A stretch of DNA of 62,937 bases, counting the filler. It is 5 parts of 5 records of this genome, joined end to end, with 100 filler letters (N's around TTAATTAATTAA, not from the genome) between each part and the next. Parts side by side here need not be neighbours in the genome. Positions count along the whole stretch, not along the records: positions 44,403 to 56,497 come from SRR22947725_1685; positions 56,598 to 62,937 come from SRR22947725_1702; 3 more parts are not named here. The stretch is one strand, 5' to 3'. Within the stretch, counting starts at the first letter, position 1; each line of letters starts with the position of its first letter. A model generated the notes under the pieces. The model did not search any database and was not told where the DNA came from. It saw nothing but the letters and a program-made list of their open reading frames with translations. The position numbers and the translations under genes were made by a program. This document shows, piece by piece, positions 49,256 to 61,700 of the stretch.

Positions 49256-52200
49256 ATGAAAAAAATTCTAAAAATCACTTTGTCTTTGATCTTTGTTTTT
49301 TCAATGACAAATTCATTTTCACAAAAAAATAAAAAGGATGTAAAAAATGAATCAAGCCTTTATTCAGGTCTTAAATTTAGATCCGTTGGACCTGCTTTTA
49401 TGTCAGGAAGAATTGCGGACATTGCAATTAATCCTGATAATGAGAACGAATGGTATGTCGCAGTGGGTTCTGGAGGTGTATGGAAAACTGTAAATGCTGG
49501 AACTACCTGGCAACCGCTTACAGATAACCAGTCTTTTTATTCAACAGGAAGTATTACAATAGACCCAAATAATACAAATACTATATGGCTAGGTACTGGA
49601 GAAAATGTTGGTGGAAGACACGTTGGTGTTGGAAAAGGAGTTTTTCTCTCTTTAGATGGTGGAAAAACATGGAAAAATAAAGGCCTTAATAAATCTGAGC
49701 ATATTTCTAAAATTATAGTAAATAAAAAGAATTCAAATAACGTTTTTGTTGCTTCGCAAGGTCCACTTTGGTCCAGTGGGGGCGATAGGGGACTTTATAA
49801 ATCAATTGATGGTGGTGAAAGTTGGAGTTTAGTTTTGAGTGTAAACAAATGGACAGGAGTAACCGATGTAGTTGTAGATCCAAGAGATGAAAATATTATG
49901 TATGCTGCCACTTGGCAAAGACACAGAAATGTTGCGGCTTATATGGGCGGAGGACCAGGAACTAAATTATTTAAAAGTACAGACGGAGGTGATTCTTGGA
50001 GACAATTAAAAACCGGTTTACCAACTGGAAAGCTGGGTAAAATTGGTTTGGCTATTTCTGAAATAAACCCTGATGTTCTGTATGCTGCAATTGAACTTGA
50101 GAGAAGAAAAGGAGCTGTATATAGAACATCCAACGGAGGTGAAAGTTGGAAAAAAATGTCTGACACAGTATCTGGCGCTACAGGGCCACATTATTATCAG
50201 GAGTTGGTCGCATCTCCTCATCATTTTGATAAAATTTATTTAATGGATGTAAGAGTTCAAGTTTCTGATGATGGTGGAAAAACTTTTTATAGAATGAATG
50301 AAGGAAATAAGCATTCTGATAATCATTCAATGACGTTTAAGAAAAATGATCCAAACTATTTACTCGTTGGAACAGATGGTGGAATTTATGAATCTTTTGA
50401 TGATACTAAATCATGGAAATATGTAAATAATCTTCCACTGACTCAATTTTACAAACTCGCTGTTGATGATTCTTATCCATTTTATAATATTTACGGAGGA
50501 ACTCAAGATAATAATACACAAGGTGGACCAAGTCGTACTTTCAGATCAAATGGTATAGCAAATAGTGATTGGTTTGTTCTTCTTGGTGGCGATGGTCATC
50601 AACCAGCAACTGAGCCTGGTAATCCCAATATAGTTTATGCTCAGTCTCAACAAGGGAATCTTCATAGGGTAGATAGAACCACAGGTGAAGCCGTATTTAT
50701 TAAACCTTATTCTGGATTAAATGAAGACTTTGAGAGATTTAACTGGGATTCACCAATTCTAGTCAGTTCTCACAATCCAAAGCGTTTGTATTTTGGCTCT
50801 CAAAGAGTTTGGAAGTCTGATGATAGAGGAGACAGTTGGACTCCAATCTCTAAAGATTTAACTAAGAATCAAGAAAGGTTAGAATTGCCTATTATGGGTA
50901 AACAACAGAGTTGGGATTCTGCTTGGGACGTTTATGCCATGTCAACATATAATACAATAACCTCGTTAAGTGAATCTATATTAGACCAAAATATTTTATA
51001 TGCTGGAACTGATGATGGATTAATTCATAGTACTAAAGATGGAGGTTCTTCTTGGACATCTATAACTGTCGATAAGCTTCCTGGAGTTCCTGATTCTTCT
51101 TTTGTAAATGATATTAAGGCAGATCTTCATAATGATCAAGTCGCATACGTAGCGTTAGATAATCACAAGTTTGGAGATTATAGTCCTTATTTATACAAAA
51201 CTTCTAATGGAGGCAAGTCATGGAAGCCTATTATTAATGGATTGCCTGAAGATACTTTTGTTTGGCGAATTGTTCAAGATCACATTGATCCAAACTTATT
51301 GTTTTTAGCCTCTGAATATGGATTGTATTTTTCTAATAACCAAGGTGAAAAGTGGATTAAATTTTCAACTGGATTGCCAACAATTTCAGTAAGAGATTTA
51401 GTAATTCAAAAAAGAGAAAATGATTTAGTTTTGGCAACATTCGGAAGAGGATTTTACGTATTAGATGACTTTAGTTCGTTAAGAAAATTAAATACATCCA
51501 ATAGTAATGAGGTTATATTGTTTGATGTAAAAGAAGCACTTCAATATAACCCGATTAGATCAGGAACCTCAAGTCAAGGGTCATCTTATTATACATCTAA
51601 AAATCCACCTTATGGTGCCATATTTTCTTACAACTTACCTGATTCATACAAATCCTTGAAATCCCTTAGATCTAAAAGAGAAAAAGAATTAGACAAATTA
51701 AATAAAGACATTCCTTTTGTGGGATGGGATGAATTGGATAAAGAAATTAATGAAACTAATTCTAAAATAATATTGGAAATTAGAGATGATAATGGAGATT
51801 TAGTAGACCGAATTAATGGTTCAACTAAAAAAGGTATTAATAGGGTTTCATGGAATCTTTCGAAACCTTTGCCAACAATATTGGATTCAAATTCTAGATG
51901 GTCTAGATCATCTCTTACAGTAAAACCAGGTAAATACTCAGTACATCTTTTAGAACTAGTTCAGGGTGGCGTTAATGAATTAACAAAGAGTAAAACTTTT
52001 GATGTAAAAAGAATTAGAGAAAATGTATTAAAAAATCCTTTGAATTCTAAAATTGATGAATTCATATTAGAATTAAATAAATTTGAAATTGAGTACTCAG
52101 TTATGATCTCTAATTACATTAAGTCTAAGAAAAAACAATCAAGTTTCAACAATACTTTGAGGTTTATAAAAAATATTGATTCTGATTTATTAAACAAATT

Positions 52201-52489
52201 AAACGAATTAAATGATCAGATGAATTTAATTGATGTTTTGCTTTATGGAAGTAAATCAAAAAAAGAGATAATGGAAAAAGATATTACTCTTGTTTCTGAA
52301 AGAATTTCTATTGCAAAAAGAGGTTTTTATGGTAATTCATATGGACCAACCAAACAGCATATGGATAGTTTTGGTATAGCAAAAGATCAATGGGATAGTA
52401 TTTTACCAAGAGTTGAAAAATTTATTAAAGCAGTTGGTGTTTTAAGTAACGATTTAGAACAATTAGGAGCTCCTATAATTCTGAATTAA
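49256..52489 (+). CDS. Secreted BNR/Asp-box (VPS10-like) beta-propeller glycosyl hydrolase
   Basis: FRSVGPAFMSGRIADI; many S.DGG.(S/T)W Asp-boxes; GGTQDN; DLVLATFGRG. Confidence 0.88.
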   Translation: MKKILKITLSLIFVFSMTNSFSQKNKKDVKNESSLYSGLKFRSVGPAFMSGRIADIAINPDNENEWYVAVGSGGVWKTVNAGTTWQPLTDNQSFYSTGSITIDPNNTNTIWLGTGENVGGRHVGVGKGVFLSLDGGKTWKNKGLNKSEHISKIIVNKKNSNNVFVASQGPLWSSGGDRGLYKSIDGGESWSLVLSVNKWTGVTDVVVDPRDENIMYAATWQRHRNVAAYMGGGPGTKLFKSTDGGDSWRQLKTGLPTGKLGKIGLAISEINPDVLYAAIELERRKGAVYRTSNGGESWKKMSDTVSGATGPHYYQELVASPHHFDKIYLMDVRVQVSDDGGKTFYRMNEGNKHSDNHSMTFKKNDPNYLLVGTDGGIYESFDDTKSWKYVNNLPLTQFYKLAVDDSYPFYNIYGGTQDNNTQGGPSRTFRSNGIANSDWFVLLGGDGHQPATEPGNPNIVYAQSQQGNLHRVDRTTGEAVFIKPYSGLNEDFERFNWDSPILVSSHNPKRLYFGSQRVWKSDDRGDSWTPISKDLTKNQERLELPIMGKQQSWDSAWDVYAMSTYNTITSLSESILDQNILYAGTDDGLIHSTKDGGSSWTSITVDKLPGVPDSSFVNDIKADLHNDQVAYVALDNHKFGDYSPYLYKTSNGGKSWKPIINGLPEDTFVWRIVQDHIDPNLLFLASEYGLYFSNNQGEKWIKFSTGLPTISVRDLVIQKRENDLVLATFGRGFYVLDDFSSLRKLNTSNSNEVILFDVKEALQYNPIRSGTSSQGSSYYTSKNPPYGAIFSYNLPDSYKSLKSLRSKREKELDKLNKDIPFVGWDELDKEINETNSKIILEIRDDNGDLVDRINGSTKKGINRVSWNLSKPLPTILDSNSRWSRSSLTVKPGKYSVHLLELVQGGVNELTKSKTFDVKRIRENVLKNPLNSKIDEFILELNKFEIEYSVMISNYIKSKKKQSSFNNTLRFIKNIDSDLLNKLNELNDQMNLIDVLLYGSKSKKEIMEKDITLVSERISIAKRGFYGNSYGPTKQHMDSFGIAKDQWDSILPRVEKFIKAVGVLSNDLEQLGAPIILN

Positions 52490-53519
52490 CATATTCATTA
52501 ACCAATAAATCGACAACCAAATTATAGGTTTTTATTCCTTTAGTTTGGTTGTTTGCTTTTAAATAAATATCATATGATTTTTTGAAGTATTTCTCGAGTG
52601 GATTTTTATATCTTTTCCAATTTTCAGATACTTCTTTATAATTCTTTAACACCCCTATGTTAATTTTATTTATTAACTCTTTATATGTTTTTTTGTCGTT
52701 TAAATATATTTCGTTTAACAAGTATTTTAATGCAAATGTACTTCCACTATAATTTACGTATTCATTGTCGGAATTTAGAGTGGCTTCAATACTTATGTAA
52801 TTTGCTTCATTTTCAGCTGAATATCCAAGTTGGTGAGCGATTTCGTGACAAATTGTAGTAGGTATATTTAATTTTGAAACATTAGCGTTAATATGAGCTT
52901 CTAGGGTAAAAGGATTTATATATCCACTAAAACCCATGTAAGAAAGCGGTAAACTGAATAAAGATTTTTTTATAGTTGGGTTTAGTTTTTGATTTTTGTT
53001 ATAACTAGAGTTTTTTATCGACTCTAAAGATTCAAAAAACAAATCATTGTCAAATTTTACTGAAATTGAATCGTTTATTGAAATTTTTTTATGAATCTTA
53101 TTGGTTTTATTAATATAATAAATAGTTGTTTTTTTAAGTTGACCTAAACTATAATTTTTTGTATTTGTTAATTTTTCTTGAATAGGGATTCTGTGGTAAT
53201 TTAACCCCCATTGGATATTAAAAATTATATAAACTCCAAACAAAACCTTAAGGTAAATCTTTAAATTCTTTCTTCTGGTGTTAGTTTTATTTAGTTTTAA
53301 AAAAAAAACAATTGGAATGAATAAGTACAATAGATCGCCTACTGAAAACCGAAATTTATTAAAAAATAATATTATATAATAAGATATGTTTTTATAAACT
53401 AGGTTAGAATAATAGTTTTCAATTAGATTTGGATAACGTATTATTAATTGAAATAATAGTAAAATAAAAACATATGGATATAATGATTTTAATCTAAATA
53501 AAATAGAATAAAACTTCAT
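52473..53519 (-). CDS. DUF3810 domain protein (HExxH metallopeptidase-like)
   Basis: WGLNYHR, GYINPFTLEA, CHEIAHQLGYSAENEAN. Confidence 0.88.
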   Translation of the reverse strand: MKFYSILFRLKSLYPYVFILLLFQLIIRYPNLIENYYSNLVYKNISYYIILFFNKFRFSVGDLLYLFIPIVFFLKLNKTNTRRKNLKIYLKVLFGVYIIFNIQWGLNYHRIPIQEKLTNTKNYSLGQLKKTTIYYINKTNKIHKKISINDSISVKFDNDLFFESLESIKNSSYNKNQKLNPTIKKSLFSLPLSYMGFSGYINPFTLEAHINANVSKLNIPTTICHEIAHQLGYSAENEANYISIEATLNSDNEYVNYSGSTFALKYLLNEIYLNDKKTYKELINKINIGVLKNYKEVSENWKRYKNPLEKYFKKSYDIYLKANNQTKGIKTYNLVVDLLVNEYVNSEL

Positions 53520-53522
53520 TAT

Positions 53523-54611
53523 TTATTTTAAATCTATAATTTCAACTTCGAAAATTAAATTAGATTTTGGCGGTATTTGTGGACTTCTACCCATTTCCCC
53601 ATAGGCAAGATAATATGGAAGGTATAAAGTTGCTTTATCACCTACATTAAGAAGTTTTAAACCTTCTTTAAATCCGGGTATCATTGAGTCTTCTGGTCCT
53701 ATCTTAGCTGCAATTGGAGAATAACCACCTTGATTTTTCTTAACAATATTTACTGTTTGATATTGTTCGGCAATTTTTAATATACTTGTGTCTAATAAGG
53801 TGCCATCTTCAAAATATACTGCATAATGGGTCATTACAGTTTTGCTATCATCAACTTTTTTAGAATTATCTGCTTTATAAGTTATAATATACTCTAATCC
53901 TGTTTTCGTTTTCTTAGCATAGGACTTTTCTGATTCATGCTTTACTTTTTTACCTAATCTAACATTATCAATTAATTCTGCTTTTTTTTCTTCAATCATT
54001 TTGTCTTCATCAAAATGATTTGTAAATATTTTGGAAGCGTTAAAAGCTCTTGCTTCTCTACCTTTTCTAATTATAGAAACTTTTTTAATAGTGTCATTTT
54101 GCTCGATCAGATCAACAGTTTCAATTCCTTTAATGACTTTTCCGAAAACAGTATGTTTACCATTAAGCCATGGTGTTTCTTTATGAGTTATAAAGAATTG
54201 ACTACCATTTGTTTTAGGGCCTGAGTTTGCCATTGATAATATTCCTGCGGAATCATGTAAAAGATCTTCTTTAAATTCATCCTTAAAGTTATAGCCAGGG
54301 CCTCCTCGACCTGTTCCTGATGGGTCTCCTCCTTGAATCATGAAATTTTCAATAACTCTGTGAAAAATTAATCCATCGTAATATTTTTTATTTTTAAATT
54401 CAGGAAGAACTTCTTTGTTTTTTCCTTCAGATAACGATACAAAATTAGCAACAGTAACTGGAGTCTGCTTAAATGTTAAATTAATCAAGATATCTCCTTT
54501 GTTGGTTTGAATATCTGCATACAAACCTTCATTTAAATCAGGATGAGTACTAGTACATGATGAGATAAGTATACTTGAAAATAAAATTATTGAGTAAATA
54601 TGTTTTTTCAT
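53523..54611 (-). CDS. Peptidyl-prolyl isomerase lipoprotein (cyclophilin + FKBP)
   Basis: [53 protein letters not shown]. Confidence 0.94.
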   Translation of the reverse strand: MKKHIYSIILFSSILISSCTSTHPDLNEGLYADIQTNKGDILINLTFKQTPVTVANFVSLSEGKNKEVLPEFKNKKYYDGLIFHRVIENFMIQGGDPSGTGRGGPGYNFKDEFKEDLLHDSAGILSMANSGPKTNGSQFFITHKETPWLNGKHTVFGKVIKGIETVDLIEQNDTIKKVSIIRKGREARAFNASKIFTNHFDEDKMIEEKKAELIDNVRLGKKVKHESEKSYAKKTKTGLEYIITYKADNSKKVDDSKTVMTHYAVYFEDGTLLDTSILKIAEQYQTVNIVKKNQGGYSPIAAKIGPEDSMIPGFKEGLKLLNVGDKATLYLPYYLAYGEMGRSPQIPPKSNLIFEVEIIDLK

Positions 54612-54615
54612 TTCT

Positions 54616-55632
54616 TTAAATTAATTTGTCTTTGTATTTAGGTAATGATTTTAAAAATTTTTCTATTGCATTTTCAGCATTTCCTTCAAATCTTCCTCCG
54701 GAAGCATTAATATGACCGCCACCTAAAAAATGATTTTCAGCATAAAGATTACAAGGAAAATTACCTAATGATCTAAAAGATATTTTGACATTGTTAGAAA
54801 CGTTAACATCTTCAATAAAAATTGCACAAAAAATTACTCCTTTTAGCGTTAGACCATAATTTACAATACCTTCTGAATCACCTTTTTTATAATTCAATTT
54901 TTCTAATTCATCTCTTTTAAGTGACATGTAAACAGTGTTTAATTCTTTTATGTGAGTTAAGCTATTTAAAGCAGAGCCTAAAACTTTAAGTCTACTAGCA
55001 GAAGAATCATTGTAAACTTTATTGTATATAAAGTTATGATCAATTTTTTTATTGAATAAACTAGAAATTATTTCATGTGTTCTAGATGAAACAGAAGAAT
55101 ATTGAAAAGAACCTGTGTCAGTCATCATGCCTAAATAAAGACAAGATGAGATGTCTTTATTTAGTTTACTTTCAAAACCAATTAATACAAAAATTTCATA
55201 AAGGAGTTCACAAGTCGAACCTATTTCGGAATTTGAAAAAATTAAATCAGCATAATCTTTTGGATTTTGATGATGATCAATCATTACTGTTTTAGAGTTA
55301 GATTGATTTAAAACTTCCTTAAGTTCTCCAATTCTACTTAGGTCATTAAAATCAAGAGTAAAGATTAAATCGGAATTTGAAATTAATTTTTTACATCTTT
55401 CTTTTTCAGTATCATAATAAGTTATCTTATCAAACCCAGGTGTCCAATTTAAAAAATCAGGAGCTTTGTTTGGGCTAACTACATGAGAAGATTTATTGAT
55501 AATTTTAAGAACATTATAAAGAGCCAAACAGCTTCCGATTGCATCTCCATCCGGACTTGTATGAGGGATTATGACAATATTTTCACTAGCATTAATTAGC
55601 TCATTAAGTTTTTTAATTTTTTCAAAATTCAT
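54616..55632 (-). CDS. nrnA: DHH-family oligoribonuclease/pAp phosphatase
   Basis: [39 protein letters not shown]. Confidence 0.92.
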   Translation of the reverse strand: MNFEKIKKLNELINASENIVIIPHTSPDGDAIGSCLALYNVLKIINKSSHVVSPNKAPDFLNWTPGFDKITYYDTEKERCKKLISNSDLIFTLDFNDLSRIGELKEVLNQSNSKTVMIDHHQNPKDYADLIFSNSEIGSTCELLYEIFVLIGFESKLNKDISSCLYLGMMTDTGSFQYSSVSSRTHEIISSLFNKKIDHNFIYNKVYNDSSASRLKVLGSALNSLTHIKELNTVYMSLKRDELEKLNYKKGDSEGIVNYGLTLKGVIFCAIFIEDVNVSNNVKISFRSLGNFPCNLYAENHFLGGGHINASGGRFEGNAENAIEKFLKSLPKYKDKLI

Positions 55633-55713
55633 TAATTCAAATATAAGCATTAGATAGATGATTTGATTAAAATTTATTCTCAATTTTGTACATTTGGTAT
55701 AAACTGTTTCAAA

Positions 55714-55998
55714 TTGAAAGTCAATCTCTTTAAACTTAATAAGAATAAAAGATTTAATTATAATCCCAGGTATATAAAGGATAAATCCTTAGAAAATATT
55801 TATGATTTTGAATCAGTTTATGAAAAACAAAGAAAATATAGAAGTTCACACGATCTTTCTTCTTTATGGAAAGAAGATAGATATGCATATAGAACCAGGT
55901 CAAACAGTGTGTTTTCTAAAACACTGTTAATTATAATTCTTTGTCTAGTATTTTTGTTTTTATTTATTATAGATTTCGATCTTTCTATATTTTACTAA
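55714..55998 (+). CDS. Small Flavobacteriia membrane protein upstream of mutL
   Basis: KNKRFNYNPRY N-terminal motif, C-terminal TM ending IIDFDLSIF; TTG start inferred. Confidence 0.7.
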   Translation: MKVNLFKLNKNKRFNYNPRYIKDKSLENIYDFESVYEKQRKYRSSHDLSSLWKEDRYAYRTRSNSVFSKTLLIIILCLVFLFLFIIDFDLSIFY

Positions 55999-56004
55999 TA
56001 ATAT

Positions 56005-56497
56005 ATGAGTGTAATTAAATTGCTTCCAGATAGCGTAGCTAACCAAATTGCTGCTGGTGAAGTGGTTCAAAGACCCTCATCTGTTGTCAAGGAACTTCTT
56101 GAGAACTCAGTTGATAGTGGAGCTAAAACTATCAGATTGATAATTAAAGATGCTGGTAAGACTCTAATTCATGTTCTCGACAATGGAATAGGAATGAATA
56201 AAGATGATTTAAAAAAATGTTTTTTTAGACATACAACCTCAAAAATTCGTAATTCAAAAGATCTGTATTCACTTAAAACAATGGGTTTTCGAGGAGAAGC
56301 TCTGTCTAGCATTGCTTCGGTGTCTCATATGAGCATTATTTCTAATCAGGAAAACACCAAGTCACTTGGTTATGAAATTAAGTTAGAGGGTGGAGAAGAA
56401 AAATTATTTAATGAAGTTATTTCATCAAAAGGAACTTCAATATCTGTAAAAAACCTTTTCTTTAATATTCCTGCACGAAGAAATTTTTTAAAATCTG
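56005..56497 (+). CDS. mutL: DNA mismatch repair protein MutL, N-terminal fragment
   Basis: LLPDSVANQIAAGEVVQRP, DNGIGM, GFRGEAL, NLFFNIPARRNFLK. Confidence 0.97.
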
Positions 56498-56597
56498 NNN
56501 NNNNNNNNNNNNNNNNNNNNNNNNNNNNNNNNNNNNNNNNNTTAATTAATTAANNNNNNNNNNNNNNNNNNNNNNNNNNNNNNNNNNNNNNNNNNNN
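56498..56597. other. Artificial contig linker
   Basis: 44 N + TTAATTAATTAA + 44 N. Confidence 0.99.
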
Positions 56598-58696
<2,099 letters not shown>

Positions 58697-58711
58697 TCAT
58701 TCTCATAAAAT

Positions 58712-61700
58712 ATGACTCAACTATTTAACAAGAAAGATTTCAAAGATAACTGTGGTTTTGGCCTCATAGCAAATACCCATGGGATTAGGTCTCATACTGT
58801 TTTAACCAAATCTATAGATGCCTTAGTAAGTATGACGCATAGAGGAGGGGTAGGCTCGGATGGTAAAACAGGAGACGGTTGCGGGCTCTTATTTGATATA
58901 AATCATAAATACTTTAGAGACACAATTAAACAAGAGCAAGACATTGATCTTGATCAAGAATTCGCAGTTGGTCAGTTATTTTTTTCAGATTGTATAAATA
59001 ATTTAACACCAAAACTAGAAGAAATATTCAAACAAGAATCCTTAAATTTGATTGCCTTAAGAGAGGTTCCAATAAATAAAAATATTCTTGGTGATATTGC
59101 TCTTGATTGCTGCCCAAACATTTATCAAGTTTTTGTTAGTTCAAGTGATGAAGTATTTAATGAAAAAAAGTTTGAATCAAATATTCTTCAGGCTAGAAAA
59201 TTCATCGAAGAAATATATGCCGATGACGAAACTTTATATCTATGCAGCTTTTCATCTAAAACGATTGTTTATAAAGGCTTAATGCTTCCAAATGCTATAA
59301 AAGATTTTTATACAGAACTTCAGAAGCCACAGTTTGAAATTTCAACTTGTGTCTTTCATCAACGATTTTCAACAAATACCAGCCCAAGATGGCATTTAGC
59401 TCAGCCATTTAGATTGCTTGCACATAATGGAGAAATTAATGCCATTAGAGGTAATCGAAATTGGGTAAAAGCAAGATCTAATAAATTTACAACTCCATAC
59501 ATACCAAAAATACAGCTATTTAAAGAACTGGTAAATGAGAAGGGCTCAGACTCTTCCTCGCTAGATAATATGGTAGAGCTTTTAGTAAAAGGTGGCATTG
59601 ATCTCTTTAGGGCTATTAGAATGGTTTTGCCACCAGCCTGGCAAAATACTCAGACACTTGATGCAGATATAAGAGCATTCCATGAATATAATTCAATGCA
59701 TATGGAACCATGGGACGGCCCAGCAGGCATTGTTATGGCTGATGGTAAGTGGGCTGTATGTATATTAGATAGAAATGGATTAAGGCCTGCAAGGTATCAA
59801 ATTGATAATGATAATATTATAACTATTGCCTCAGAAACAGGGGTTAATCCAGTTATGAACGGATCGATAAAATCTAAAGGAAGAGTTCAGCCAGGAGGTA
59901 TTCTTGCTATTAATACTGATACAGGTGAAATTTACAACCAAGATAGAATAGACAACGTCCTTAAAACAAAGAATCCATATAGAAAATGGTTAAAAGAAAA
60001 TGCACTGTACATTGAGTCAAGCTTGGATTCTTATGAAGGGCCAGGGCTTAAACCAATTAATCAGAACGAATTCATAGAATCAACAAAACAATTTTTACTA
60101 TTTAAAGAAGAAAGAACATCAGTCATAAAACCATTGGCTGTTGAATCACAGGAAGGCACTGGTTCTATGGGTGATGACACTGCCTTAGCAGTTATGAGTA
60201 AAATGCATAGACAAATATATGACTTTTTTAGACAGCAGTTTGCTCAGGTTACAAATCCACCAATAGACTCGCTAAGAGAAGTTGGCGTAATGTCTCTTGA
60301 AACATGCTTTGGCCCTGAGTTAAATATATATGAAGAATCTCCCAGTCATGCAAAGAGGCTTGTTACAACTTCTCCAGTCCTATCATATAAAAAACTTCAA
60401 TCACTTATAGATAACCCGTATTTTAAGGTTAAAGAATTTGATCTAGTTTTTGATAGTGATATTTCGCTAGAAACTGCTATAGATGCCTTAAAAGCAGATG
60501 TAGTTTCAGCAGTAAGAAAAGGCAATTCTATAATCCATTTAATTGAAGAAATGCCAGATGAAAATTATCTATCAATAAACTCACTTCTTGCCGTTGGAGC
60601 AGTTCACCAAGAGCTTGTTTCTCTTGGATTAAGATCAGATGCAAATATTGTTGTTACATCTTCTTCTGCTAGAGATACTCATCAAATAGCTTGCTTGATA
60701 GGATTTGGAGCAACTGCTGTTTATCCAACTCTTGCATATCAAACTATTCTTGATTTATCCATGAGAAAAGAGCTAAAAGGTTCTGCTCATGAAAATTGTG
60801 CTAGATATAGAAAAGGGATCAATAAAGGGTTGCTTAAAATTATCTCGAAAATGGGCATATCAACCATTTCAAGTTACAGGGGCTCTCAATTATTTGAGAT
60901 AGTTGGACTTGGTGATGATATTGTTGAAAAGTGCTTTACTAATACTACAAGCAGAATACAAGGTAAATCTTTTCGAGATTTAGACACGGAACTTAGATCT
61001 TTGGATGAATACTCAAGATCAAATCTAGCAGATTTAAATGTTGGTGGTCTTTTGAAATATATCCATGGGGGTGAATACCATGCATATAATCCTGAGATAG
61101 TAAAAAAACTTCAGGAAGCGGTATCATCCGGATCAGAGACTATATATAGAGAGTATGCAGACCTAGTAGACAATAGATCTCCAGCAATGTTGAGAGACCT
61201 TCTAGCATTAAAAAAATTACAAACACCTTTAGATATAAATCAAGTAGAACCAGCTAAAAATATTTTAAAAAGATTTGATTCAGCCGGTATGAGTCTTGGC
61301 GCCTTATCGCCTAAAGCTCATGAAACTCTTGCAGAAGCAATGAATCATCTTGGAGCAAGATCTAATTCTGGAGAAGGTGGAGAAGCAGTCGAACGATACG
61401 GCACTGATAGAATGTCTAAGATTAAGCAAATTGCCTCAGGTAGGTTTGGAGTCACACCTCACTATTTAGTTAATGCAGAAGTGCTGCAAATAAAAATTGC
61501 TCAAGGTGCTAAACCTGGAGAAGGTGGTCAGCTTCCTGGCGGAAAAGTAAATAAATTAATTGCTAAATTGAGATATTCAACACCGGGTGTAACGCTAATC
61601 TCACCTCCACCTCATCATGATATTTATTCAATAGAAGACTTAGCTCAACTAATATATGACCTTAAAGAAGTTAATCCTAAGGCGTTAGTTTCTGTGAAGC

